A DNA stretch of 38,785 bases from Candidatus Saccharimonadota bacterium (GCA_017420185.1 JAFOJM010000041.1:1-38785); one strand, 5' to 3'. Positions 26,547-35,768 are shown, counted from the first letter of the stretch. The notes: generated by a model from the sequence alone, not told the origin. Made by a program: numbers and translations.

Positions 26547-27860
26547 TTGCAAAGGATTTATGTCATAACAGACCTTGGCCCCGGCGACGGAGGCAAAGGC
26601 AACATTGTGCATAGTCTTGCACGAAAAATTGATGCCGATGTGATTATCAAGCGCGGTGGTGCACAGGGATCGCACGGCGTGCAAACTTCCTATGGCGAGA
26701 AATTTAATTTTTCCCAGTGGGGTTGCGGAACATTCGAAGGCATACCGACTTTTTTGTCAAGGCAGATGGTGATTTCACCTGTAGGGCTTTGGAACGAAGC
26801 GGGCGCATTGGAAAGGAACGGGATTTATAATCCTTTTATGCTCTTGTCGTGCGATAGATCGTGTATTGCGGCCACACCTTTCCACAGGATTGCTTCACAA
26901 GTAGAGGAGCTTCTACGCAGAGATAATCCGCGTGGGACGGTAGGAACCGGTGTCGGCCAGGCAAGCCGTATGTATTACGACACAGGTAAATGTATGACGG
27001 TACGAGCCTATGAACTGACGAGGCGAGAGGTGGTCCGCCTTAAACTGCAGCGACAAAGGGACCACTACAAAGAACTGTACGCTAGGATCTCAAGAAATGA
27101 TGTCTTGCCCGGCGACGCAGAGACTCTCACGAGGGCGCTCATGTTACTAGACGATGATGATTTCATGAACTACTGCGTAGATCTATTCGAGAAAGTCGGT
27201 AAAAAACTACATTTCGATGGTCTGGACGACGTGCTCAGACGCAACCGCTCTGCTATAGTGGAGTGCTCGCACGGCGTGCTTACGGATGCAGTCTCTGGAC
27301 TGCGGCCGCACGTAAGTGCCATTCGGACACTACCCGAGATAACCGAGCATATGCTGCGTTCGGCGGGATACAGAGGACAAATCATCCACTACGCTGTTCA
27401 TCGTGCCTATGAAATTCGGCACGGAGCTGGTCCTATGCCAACCTACGACCCAGAGTTCACGGCGCAGATGTTGCCTAATAGCCATAAAGATGAAAACCGT
27501 TGGCAGGGCAAGGTACGCGCCGGTGCACTGGATCTGAATCTGATGCGCTATGCGCTTAACGCCTGCAAAGAAACTAAATTTGATGGGCTTTGTCTGACTT
27601 GGTTTGACCAGATTTTGGCACATGGACGTAATTGGCAATTATGCGATAGTTATCTGTATGAGGCCGGCAAGACAGAATCGTACATTAACTACCTAAAGCG
27701 AGCTATGCCCATTGTTTCTGAGTACCACATTGATGAACCCATCAGTACGCGGGACCTTTTTTCATTCGTAGGAGAAGTAATTCAAAATTCCTTGGGTATT
27801 CCACTCAAAATACTTTCGGTGGGGCCAACGGAATTAGATCAAATTTACTATTTTGACTAA
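26547..27860 (+). CDS. Adenylosuccinate synthetase-like (PurA-family) protein, divergent accessory clade
   Basis: DLGPGDGGKG P-loop, GGAQGSHGV, RGTVGTGVG, ECSHGVL, RAYEIRHGAGPMPT, WQGKVRAG.LD, SVGPT; TTG start after GGAGGTG. Confidence 0.85.
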   Translation: MQRIYVITDLGPGDGGKGNIVHSLARKIDADVIIKRGGAQGSHGVQTSYGEKFNFSQWGCGTFEGIPTFLSRQMVISPVGLWNEAGALERNGIYNPFMLLSCDRSCIAATPFHRIASQVEELLRRDNPRGTVGTGVGQASRMYYDTGKCMTVRAYELTRREVVRLKLQRQRDHYKELYARISRNDVLPGDAETLTRALMLLDDDDFMNYCVDLFEKVGKKLHFDGLDDVLRRNRSAIVECSHGVLTDAVSGLRPHVSAIRTLPEITEHMLRSAGYRGQIIHYAVHRAYEIRHGAGPMPTYDPEFTAQMLPNSHKDENRWQGKVRAGALDLNLMRYALNACKETKFDGLCLTWFDQILAHGRNWQLCDSYLYEAGKTESYINYLKRAMPIVSEYHIDEPISTRDLFSFVGEVIQNSLGIPLKILSVGPTELDQIYYFD

Positions 27861-27870
27861 GGAGGACAAT

Positions 27871-29067
27871 ATGAGTAACGAAGCAAAAAACATCACCCCT
27901 GAAACTACCACAGCTACACCTATTACCGCAAGCGAGGTGCGTTCCAAGCTTGCGGAGTACGGCGCCAACAAGACTACTATCGATAAGATTGTAGACGAGC
28001 TCGGCGTCGAAGATGTCGATGACTTGGCTTCTTTGGAAGTCAATGATTTTACGAACGCGGGAATGAAACTGGCAAAAGCCAAAAGACTCGTGAAGGATCT
28101 GCAGTCTACTGCAAAGTCCGCCGCCGTCCAGGCTGTAGCCGCTGCGGAAACGCGCGCTATTCGGAGCCAGTTTGAGGGATTGCTACCCGTGGTGCCAAAC
28201 GACGAATCGTGGCTGGACGCATTGAAATCCGGCGGCGTCTTGAAGGTAGACGAGTCGTCTTACATCGCTGCTATCCGTGCAGCGTTAGCCGACAAGGCTG
28301 GCCTTTATGATGTTCCGGAAGCTCTCGCCAGAGCCATGGAGAAATACGCCGACGAGACTGAAGAGCAGGTCGACCCGACTTTTTATACTTTGCGCAAGTC
28401 TCTAACCCGGCGCGCGTATGGCGACATCTTTGCCGCCATCGACGGACTGGACGGGACTTTTATCACCGAAAAACGTCGCAGAGAGTTCCTCAGCCGCGTC
28501 CGCGATACTCTTTGGCCGGCTATTGCCGAAAGCTACAGTGTGCTGGATGGTTGGGATAAGGCCTGGAGAGGCAGCTTCTCGGATCCATCCATGCTGGTGG
28601 CCGCCATTAGTGGTGGGCTTAGCGGAAGCGCGGTTGCTGGGATGAGCATGATTGCCCCGCCCGACACTGGTCAGCTGCACGATGCTGGAGATACACTGAT
28701 TGATGCAATTAACAGCATTTTCCGTGGCACCGGCGTGCAAGTGGCTGCTGCTATGGCCTACGACGCAAATACTATCCGTAATACGTTGGAAGACCCGCGC
28801 TTGCCGGCTATGGTAGGCGTGAAGAATCGTGAGCTGATGCTGAAGAAAATCGGCGCCAGCGTATCCAGCAACTACGTTCGCCTGGAGCAGAATCTGGTGA
28901 AATATGTGCTAGGATTTGCCAAGCACGACGCGGTAACCTCCGACGTAGAAGTTAACTATTTTGAGGCGCTCTATCAGCTGGGCACCCAGATTAACTGGAA
29001 TGAGCTCGACGGAGCCCGTGGTAACTGTATTGGCGTGACCAGCCTGACCGGCGAGCATATTCTGTAA
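27871..29067 (+). CDS. Hypothetical helical protein with an N-terminal SAM-like domain
   Basis: DELGVEDVDDLASLEVNDFTNAGMKLAKAKRL resembles SAM helices; SD AAGGAGG; terminator GGCCCCT-ATAT-AGGGGCC-TTTTT at 29079-29101. Confidence 0.75.
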   Translation: MSNEAKNITPETTTATPITASEVRSKLAEYGANKTTIDKIVDELGVEDVDDLASLEVNDFTNAGMKLAKAKRLVKDLQSTAKSAAVQAVAAAETRAIRSQFEGLLPVVPNDESWLDALKSGGVLKVDESSYIAAIRAALADKAGLYDVPEALARAMEKYADETEEQVDPTFYTLRKSLTRRAYGDIFAAIDGLDGTFITEKRRREFLSRVRDTLWPAIAESYSVLDGWDKAWRGSFSDPSMLVAAISGGLSGSAVAGMSMIAPPDTGQLHDAGDTLIDAINSIFRGTGVQVAAAMAYDANTIRNTLEDPRLPAMVGVKNRELMLKKIGASVSSNYVRLEQNLVKYVLGFAKHDAVTSDVEVNYFEALYQLGTQINWNELDGARGNCIGVTSLTGEHIL

Positions 29068-29135
29068 AACATTTTTATGGCCCCTATATAGGGGCCTTTT
29101 TCTTGCATCTTGTTATCTATTGCCCCTGTTATATT

Positions 29136-29164
29136 TTGACATATTTAGCCAATAGTGCTATAAT
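29136..29164 (+). promoter_or_regulatory. Perfect-consensus sigma70 promoter with no long ORF directly downstream
   Basis: TTGACA-17-TATAAT with extended TG. Confidence 0.75.
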
Positions 29165-29244
29165 TAGGATTATGGGGATGGATTTCCGTGTCCAATAAGG
29201 TAAATAAATAATAGAGGGACATAGAGAAACTACGTCTCTTTTTC

Positions 29245-29273
29245 TTGCCAAGGAGTAAGAAATTTGGTATAAT
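29245..29273 (+). promoter_or_regulatory. rplA promoter
   Basis: TTGCCA-17-TATAAT with extended TG. Confidence 0.75.
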
Positions 29274-29293
29274 AATGGTAGATTAATTTAACC

Positions 29294-29321
29294 GTGGGAG
29301 GAGAGTATCCGATAGCACCAC
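29294..29321 (+). promoter_or_regulatory. L1-binding autoregulatory mRNA leader
   Basis: GTGGGAGGAGAGTATCCGATAGCACCAC mimics the 23S L1-binding site (GUGGGAG...ACCAC); immediately 5' of the rplA SD. Confidence 0.75.
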
Positions 29322-29335
29322 AGAAAGGAAACATT

Positions 29336-30253
29336 ATGACCGAAGAAGAGGTCAAAAATAACGAAAATATTGAAGCTACAGAGGTAGTCGAGGAAGTTAC
29401 AAATGTAGCTGAGCCAGAGACTTTTGCTAAGTCTGGCAAAAAATCTAAGAAACATATAGAAGAGGTAAAAGCTGAGGCAGAACGCCAGGCTCGCAAAGAA
29501 GACCGCAAGGCCGCCGAAATAGCAGAGAAGCCTAAGGGTGCTGCGCCGGTAACTCGCCCCAAGATAGAGCGTCGCGGAAAGAAATATCAGGAAGCTGCGA
29601 AGCTAGTAGAAAAAGGTAAGGCATACACACTAAATGACGCCATCGAACTAGCTATCAAATCTAGCCCAGTAAAGTTTGATGCCAGCGTAGAAATACACGC
29701 CAGGCTCGGTGTAGACCCTAGACAAGCCGATCAAAATATTCGCACAACTCTAGTGCTACCAAATGGTAACGGCAAGACTGTACGTGTAGCTGTGTTTGCA
29801 CCAGCTGATGTATGCAAGGCTGCCAAAGCCGCAGGCGCAGATATTGCCGAAGATGAAGAATTTTTAAAACAACTAGAAAAGGGCACAATAGACTTTGACG
29901 TACTAATTTCGACACCGCAATACATGCCAAAACTTGGTAAGTTTGCAAGGTTGCTTGGACCAAAAGGTTTAATGCCAAATCCAAAGGCTGGCACCGTGAC
30001 TATGGATGTGGAGAAGGCCGTAAAAGAAGCCAAGGCTGGTAAGGTGGAATACCGCGTAGATAAGCAAGCTATAGTACATATAGGCGTAGGCAAGGTATCT
30101 TTCGGAGCAGACAAGCTTATCGAAAATGCTAATACATTCTTTGAGAGCCTTAAATCTCAGAAGCCTGCATCGCTAAAAGGTAGCTATGTAAAGTCTGTAT
30201 TTATTACCACTACTATGGGTCCATCAATTGCTATAGAAAATCTCTATAATTAA
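29336..30253 (+). CDS. rplA: 50S ribosomal protein L1 with a charged N-terminal extension of about 75 aa
   Basis: KFDASVE, LGVDPRQADQNIR, LGPKGLMPNPKAGTVT, TTMGPS. Confidence 0.98.
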   Translation: MTEEEVKNNENIEATEVVEEVTNVAEPETFAKSGKKSKKHIEEVKAEAERQARKEDRKAAEIAEKPKGAAPVTRPKIERRGKKYQEAAKLVEKGKAYTLNDAIELAIKSSPVKFDASVEIHARLGVDPRQADQNIRTTLVLPNGNGKTVRVAVFAPADVCKAAKAAGADIAEDEEFLKQLEKGTIDFDVLISTPQYMPKLGKFARLLGPKGLMPNPKAGTVTMDVEKAVKEAKAGKVEYRVDKQAIVHIGVGKVSFGADKLIENANTFFESLKSQKPASLKGSYVKSVFITTTMGPSIAIENLYN

Positions 30254-30275
30254 TTTACTGGAGCTACGCAACATA

Positions 30276-30303
30276 AAGGCCCAGCTAAATGGCTGGGCCT
30301 TTT
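30276..30303. terminator. Bidirectional terminator after rplA
   Basis: AAAGGCCCAGC-TAAATG-GCTGGGCCTTTT. Confidence 0.8.
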
Positions 30304-30323
30304 GCGATGGATGCTCGGTGCTA

Positions 30324-31292
30324 TTAGTTTCCTATTGTATTACCGAGCCTTGGCGTCTTGACAGCGTTGAGTCCATTGTTGCTGCCAAGGGATCTTGAGG
30401 CGCCGTTTTTCTTCTGAGCCGTATTAAGAACTTCTGCGATATTGTCTATGTAATTAATACCGCTATCGCCAATATCTGTAATGACAGCCGTTTCAAAATA
30501 ATATAAATCTGCCGCACTCATTAAAACTGTAAGATTTGTACCTTCAATTGCTCCTATATCAAAGTAAATATAGTCTTTGCCATCTACAATTTCTGTTCCC
30601 ATAACCACGGAATCGCCATAGGTGGTTTTGAGACCGTCAACAATCTCATCAAGGCTGTTTACGAGGGTAGTATATGTATAGTCATTATAGTAGCATATAT
30701 CGGCAAGATAGACGTCGGGAAGGTCAGAGATGGCAAGACATTCTGTACCAGTCTCGTCTTCGTAGATTTCATACTCGTAACTAGCCGGGACACTAAACTC
30801 ATATCCTGCATATGATATTTTAGTATCATAGTTACTGGTAGTAGGCACATACGTACTCCCATTATTGTTAGATGAGCTCCCGTTGCTGGAAGGCGTAGCG
30901 GTGTTATTACTGCCACCGCTGCCATTATTGTTGTTATTGCTGTTGAGGGCCATCATTATACCCGTTACTCCAACCGCTAGACACACCACGCAGGCAGCCG
31001 CCATGGCTATTATTTTGCCATTGGACTGTTTTTGTGACGTATTGGCCAGGGGGGTCTGTGACGATATCGAGCCAAAAGGCTGCATAGGTGCTGGCTGGAC
31101 CGACATATTTGAGGCTCCTGTGGTAGAAGGGCCCGCAAACTGATTGATCGGCGCGGAGGGCGCTGACGGAATTGCGGTACCCGCTGTGGGGCCCACTGGC
31201 GACTGCGCCGTATTGGCGACGGCCGCTCCACAATTAGTACAGAAGGCTGTTCCTTCTATTATTTGGTGTCCACATTTCTCACATTGTTTCAT
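30324..31292 (-). CDS. Zinc-ribbon, single-TM protein with an extracellular domain
   Basis: CEKCG...FCTNCG, P/S/T-rich linker, TM, Asn/Ser low-complexity tract. Confidence 0.85.
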   Translation of the reverse strand: MKQCEKCGHQIIEGTAFCTNCGAAVANTAQSPVGPTAGTAIPSAPSAPINQFAGPSTTGASNMSVQPAPMQPFGSISSQTPLANTSQKQSNGKIIAMAAACVVCLAVGVTGIMMALNSNNNNNGSGGSNNTATPSSNGSSSNNNGSTYVPTTSNYDTKISYAGYEFSVPASYEYEIYEDETGTECLAISDLPDVYLADICYYNDYTYTTLVNSLDEIVDGLKTTYGDSVVMGTEIVDGKDYIYFDIGAIEGTNLTVLMSAADLYYFETAVITDIGDSGINYIDNIAEVLNTAQKKNGASRSLGSNNGLNAVKTPRLGNTIGN

Positions 31293-31310
31293 TTTACTCC
31301 TTTCATGTTA

Positions 31311-33416
31311 TTAATTAATATGAACCAAATTTAATTGATGCGAATCTCCTTGGGTATCGTATACGATGAATTCTGCGTAATAGTCTTTGGTATTTTTAAA
31401 TTTTCCATCGTAGATATCGCCAAAATCATAATCCAAATCTACTAGTTTTATTTTGTAGGTGTCGCCTTTTTCTATGCTGGCCTCAGAGCCGTATAATACT
31501 CCATGGCTTTCAAAGTTATAATCTAGCTCACCTGAATCGCTGAATAGCTTATATGTTCCAGTCATAAAATCGATGAATGCGATTTTGTCTGGGTCGAGAT
31601 TCATCTTGCTGGCTAGGCCAGTATCTGATTCTGACTGCACGCGAATATCTCTAACCTGCCCCTCGTTATTGCCGGGCAAAATCCTGATGTGAGTTTCGTG
31701 GTTTTTTAGGGAAAAGCCCAGGGGAGAATCATCGGTGTAACCGAGAAGTCCAAACGAGATATAGTCAGCATAGTTTGCCGTGCGCTCTTTTTCAAACATA
31801 GCCGACCAGCCGTATTCTATTGAACCGTCCGCCTTATATACTTCCACTACAAACTGCAGATCATACGAGGTAGCACGCAATTTATTGCCATCTAACTCAA
31901 CTTCGGAGCTACGATAGACAGGCATAAAAACATTGTCATCGAGCTTGCGGAATATTGCGATTTCTCCACTTTGGTAATTGTCTCTTAGCTCATCGGGGAG
32001 GTCGATTTCTATGGCATTATCAGCTGTTTTGTTTTCTGATAGATCACTATACGTCCTATTTGCAACTTTACGATCCCCCGTAACGAAACCTTTGTATTTG
32101 ACGAGAAAATCATAGTATTTATCAGAAAAGACAACATCTCTGTATTTTTCGAGCATTTCTTCGGCAAGGGCTTTGTTGAAATTTAGGAAATACACAGAAA
32201 GACCATTAGTGTTGTCTATGTTACTACGACTATACTGCACTACATCGTCAAAATCTTCCTTAATCTTATCCACCTCTGCGCCGTGAGTGTTGTTTAGGCT
32301 TTGACATAGGTCCATTAAATCCACTAAATCATACGATTCGCTGTCCCTACCAGTGTATCCGTAAACTTTTTCTCTGGTCATAGTACGTGAATATTGAGAA
32401 AAAGTCTGATTGGTGATTTCGTCTTTGACGGCAGTAAACAACGACTCTACCGACGTAATTAAGGAACTTATTTTTCTTAGATTTACTAAGGACATAGACA
32501 GGTCTGAGTCATACCAATAGTCGTCATATGACACAACGTAATGGTCAATAATGCTGCGCCCAAGGTCTTCGGTAGTGTTAATTTGACCGTCTCTACCGAG
32601 GTCATCTAGAAAAGCATAATCCCAGCCATTGCCAGGCTCTGTTTCTTCCGAGGCGACCATATAATCGCTATAGTTGCTCAGTATATTAGCGACTTCCATA
32701 CTGCCCATTAGACAAGCATCGAAGCCAATTAGGTCGAATTTTTTACCGCTAGTAATAATGTTTGTATTGGCTAGGGCGTCTGATAGTACTGAAAGCTTCA
32801 TGGTAGACCCAGAGAGTGAATTTTCATCCTTGCCATAACCAAAGATTGGACCGCCACCGTGGTCCCATAGTATCAGATCATAAAGGTCCGCCGGATAGTT
32901 GTCATACGCGTAATTAATAAAACTGGTAAGATTATCTGGGTTGGTCATTAGGCTTTTTTCGTAAGTCTGCAATTTAGTAATTTGACCATTGCTTACCTCA
33001 AAAATTGCATTTTCTTCTGCGTTAATTTCGTCGAGCGCCCATTTTTTGGTGCCTCCTGTATATATAAGCAATTTGGTGTGCTCCGGGTCAAAATTAGCGT
33101 TTTCCATTTCTGTAATGTCTAGGCTTGCCGCCGCCATTTGGCTTTCTAGATCAGAGCCAATCATATAGACCATAATGGTGCGATCTTTGCTTCCAATACT
33201 TAGGGCGAATGCAATAATAGCTATCGTTACGGCAACTCCCAGTACTGCAGGAATACCTATGCCAAGCCAGAGCTTTTTGCTGGATTTTTTGGGCCCAGCA
33301 GTGAGGCTGGTTGATGTCGGCATTGCTATCTGCAGAGATCCGCAGTTGCCACAAAATCTCTGCCCTACCTGAATATTGACTCCGCAACGTGGACAAAATT
33401 TATTTTGATAATCCAT
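31311..33416 (-). CDS. Clostripain-family (peptidase C11) cysteine protease with N-terminal zinc ribbon and TM anchor
   Basis: CPRCG..FCGNCG; TIMVYMIGSDLES, LWDHGGG (His), GFDACLMG (Cys), ASEETEPG.GWDY. Confidence 0.92.
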   Translation of the reverse strand: MDYQNKFCPRCGVNIQVGQRFCGNCGSLQIAMPTSTSLTAGPKKSSKKLWLGIGIPAVLGVAVTIAIIAFALSIGSKDRTIMVYMIGSDLESQMAAASLDITEMENANFDPEHTKLLIYTGGTKKWALDEINAEENAIFEVSNGQITKLQTYEKSLMTNPDNLTSFINYAYDNYPADLYDLILWDHGGGPIFGYGKDENSLSGSTMKLSVLSDALANTNIITSGKKFDLIGFDACLMGSMEVANILSNYSDYMVASEETEPGNGWDYAFLDDLGRDGQINTTEDLGRSIIDHYVVSYDDYWYDSDLSMSLVNLRKISSLITSVESLFTAVKDEITNQTFSQYSRTMTREKVYGYTGRDSESYDLVDLMDLCQSLNNTHGAEVDKIKEDFDDVVQYSRSNIDNTNGLSVYFLNFNKALAEEMLEKYRDVVFSDKYYDFLVKYKGFVTGDRKVANRTYSDLSENKTADNAIEIDLPDELRDNYQSGEIAIFRKLDDNVFMPVYRSSEVELDGNKLRATSYDLQFVVEVYKADGSIEYGWSAMFEKERTANYADYISFGLLGYTDDSPLGFSLKNHETHIRILPGNNEGQVRDIRVQSESDTGLASKMNLDPDKIAFIDFMTGTYKLFSDSGELDYNFESHGVLYGSEASIEKGDTYKIKLVDLDYDFGDIYDGKFKNTKDYYAEFIVYDTQGDSHQLNLVHIN

Positions 33417-33463
33417 TAAAGTGATTATAGCATAAGTTTTTTACTTTGTGATATAATTGCATT

Positions 33464-34030
33464 ATGAAATTAGATTTTGCGAGTTTTGGTACGCCGGAGA
33501 TGTTGATAATGACGGCTGCGGGGCTAGCTTTGATGTTTTTTGGTTACCGTATTAAGAAAGTAGCGTTTTTTATAATATGGTTTATCTTGGGGTACAATTT
33601 AATGGTTTTTTTGATGCCAACACTCAATAATATGGTACCTGATATGGCTACCAATAATTTATACCAGATTCTACTGCCTATTGCGGGAGGCCTACTTTTG
33701 GCGCTACTGGGTTTTTCTATAGAGAAATTATGCGTAGGTGGAATTTGCTTTGCCCTGGTAATGCTGATAACCGTGCAATATTTTGGCGCGGAAATACAGA
33801 CTTTGGCAATAGGTGGAATAATCGGCATTATTGCAGCCGGAGCTGCAGTGATGCTAATGAAACCAGCTACCATCATAGCCACTTCACTAGCAGGAGCATA
33901 CGCCTTGACGATAGCCATCTTGGCACTAGTGCCAGACATTAGTAAGGAAACATACTATTTTATAATCTTGGGCGGAGCTACCGCAGTAGGATCGTTATTC
34001 CAGTTCCTTACCACAAAAAGAGTCTCATAA
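33464..34030 (+). CDS. DUF4203/TMEM198-like multi-pass membrane protein
   Basis: FFGYRIKK, Gly-rich TM helices, IIATSLAGAY. Confidence 0.75.
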   Translation: MKLDFASFGTPEMLIMTAAGLALMFFGYRIKKVAFFIIWFILGYNLMVFLMPTLNNMVPDMATNNLYQILLPIAGGLLLALLGFSIEKLCVGGICFALVMLITVQYFGAEIQTLAIGGIIGIIAAGAAVMLMKPATIIATSLAGAYALTIAILALVPDISKETYYFIILGGATAVGSLFQFLTTKRVS

Positions 34031-34085
34031 CAAAATAGCCCCTATAAGGGGCGATTTTGTAACGAATTAGCCAACCTATACTAGA

Positions 34086-34460
34086 CTAAGCAAGCTCTAC
34101 AGTAGCACCAGCTTCTTCGAGAGCTTTCTTCATTGCTTCGGCATCTGCCTTGGCAACTTTTTCCTTTACGGTAGCAGGAGCACCGTCGACTATAGCCTTA
34201 GCTTCGCCAAGACCTAGCCCGGTAGCTTCCTTTACAGCCTTGATAACTGCAATCTTTTGTGAACCAGCGTCTTTCAAGATAACGTCGTATTCAGACTTGC
34301 CTTCATCGGCGCCAGCATCAGCACCACCAGCTGCTACAGCCGCTACGGCTGCCACTGGCTCGATGCCATACTCGTCTTTGAGTAGAGTTTTGAGTTCGCT
34401 AACCTCAAGCACGGTCATATTGACTAGCTCTTCAGCTAACTTTTTAATATCAGTAGCCAT
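34086..34460 (-). CDS. rplL: 50S ribosomal protein L7/L12
   Basis: [30 protein letters not shown]; SD AAGGA before ATG 34460. Confidence 0.98.
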   Translation of the reverse strand: MATDIKKLAEELVNMTVLEVSELKTLLKDEYGIEPVAAVAAVAAGGADAGADEGKSEYDVILKDAGSQKIAVIKAVKEATGLGLGEAKAIVDGAPATVKEKVAKADAEAMKKALEEAGATVELA

Positions 34461-34593
34461 AAAATTATCCTTTCTTAGATTGGAAAGAGGGATACATTTT
34501 CTTTCCAAGTTTCTTTTTGATTATGATTTTGAAACAGGAGTACATCCTGACATTCAGAATCGATTGATATTAATGATTGATTAGATTGATTGC

Positions 34594-35241
34594 TTATTCA
34601 GCCTTTGCTTCTTTGGTGTCATCGGCCGGAGTTTCTTCAGCCTGAGACTCTTCTTTGGCTGGCTCGGCTGGAGCTTCGTCGGCTTTAGGCTCTTCGGCCT
34701 TAGCATCTTCAGTAGGCTTTGCCTCAGCTTCCTCAGCTGGCTTAGCCTCTACGGTCTCGGGCTTGTTTTCAAGACCAGAAACGATACCGTTGATGCCAGA
34801 CAAAAGCGTATCCACCACCTGAGCGATAAGCTCGTTTTTGGTAGGTAGAGAACCGAGCGTGGTGACTTCTTCTTTGGAAAGAGCAGCACCCTCGCCATTG
34901 AAACCACCAACAAGCTCCATCTTGGCATGAGTTTTCGCGAATTTCGTGAGAACTTTTGCCGCGTCGAAATCTTCGTCTGTACCAAGCGCGTAAAGCAATT
35001 GTCCAGTTAGGCCTGAGGCATCAGTGTCTTTGTAGGCTGCAATTTCTTGCATAGCTACCTTGACAAGACGATTCTTGACGACCTTGATTTTGACGTTTGC
35101 TTCGCGAGCCATTTTACGAAGCTCTTGGAGCTCCGCTACGGTGAGGCCTTCATACTTGGCATAAACTACCATTTTGGAGTCCGAAAGAAGCTCGGTAAGA
35201 TCAGCAACCAATGTAGTCTTTTTATCTTTTGAAATTGCCAT
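34594..35241 (-). CDS. rplJ: 50S ribosomal protein L10 with acidic C-terminal extension
   Basis: GLTVAELQELRK, KVVKNRL, LPTKNELIAQ. Confidence 0.97.
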   Translation of the reverse strand: MAISKDKKTTLVADLTELLSDSKMVVYAKYEGLTVAELQELRKMAREANVKIKVVKNRLVKVAMQEIAAYKDTDASGLTGQLLYALGTDEDFDAAKVLTKFAKTHAKMELVGGFNGEGAALSKEEVTTLGSLPTKNELIAQVVDTLLSGINGIVSGLENKPETVEAKPAEEAEAKPTEDAKAEEPKADEAPAEPAKEESQAEETPADDTKEAKAE

Positions 35242-35319
35242 AAAAAGTTCCTTTGGTTAAATTAATATTTTGGTTAGCTAATTGTTAAACAGCGTCACCA
35301 AATAAATTTCGTAAGAAAA

Positions 35320-35376
35320 TTCCTCGGTGGCATGATTAAATACTTGGATAAGTATCGCCACTGTCTTTGGCAACTG
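35320..35376 (-). promoter_or_regulatory. L10 leader autoregulatory RNA
   Basis: Minus strand CCAAAGACAGTGGCG...TTTAATCATGCCACCGAGG matches the AGACAG..UUAA..CCGAGG core of L10 leaders. Confidence 0.8.
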
Positions 35377-35486
35377 GTTTAATAATAGCATACTTTTATC
35401 AAAAATTCAAGGTCTAAGAATAGCCAAATATAGGCATCTTCATTTAAATACCCCAGTCAAAGGCTGGGGTGTAGGGGGGGAGTGGT

Positions 35487-35768
35487 TTAGGCGAGAGCTT
35501 GGATGATGGCTATAATCCCGCCGATGAGTACGGCAGTGAGTGCCAGGATAAGTAATATATTGGCTGCACGTTCCTGAGACATAGTGTGCATGAGGGCTAC
35601 TATGATCAATAACGCAAATGCAACTACGAATATTGCATCTGGCAAAAGATCTAAGGTTGTTATCCCCATAATGGCACCTAGGAACATATTCCTAATGTGA
35701 TTACAGAACATGCCGCCAGCGATTGCAGCTATTATTACTAGATAGAAATTCTTGTATTTTTGGGTCAT
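35487..35768 (-). CDS. Small 3-TM membrane protein
   Basis: 93-aa hydrophobic ORF with SD GGAGGTG; hairpin at 35449-35471 downstream. Confidence 0.7.
   Translation of the reverse strand: MTQKYKNFYLVIIAAIAGGMFCNHIRNMFLGAIMGITTLDLLPDAIFVVAFALLIIVALMHTMSQERAANILLILALTAVLIGGIIAIIQALA

Noticed and set aside
26547-27860. PurZ (2-aminoadenine, Z-genome) synthetase
   Set aside because: The P-loop keeps the PurA-type Asp (GDGGKG) rather than the Ser typical of PurZ, and no datZ, mazZ or polymerase genes are nearby.
19888-29335. Integrase-mobilised genomic island with att repeats
   Set aside because: No integrase or transposase and no flanking direct repeat found by eye; the similar hairpins at 19897 and 24491 are just terminators.
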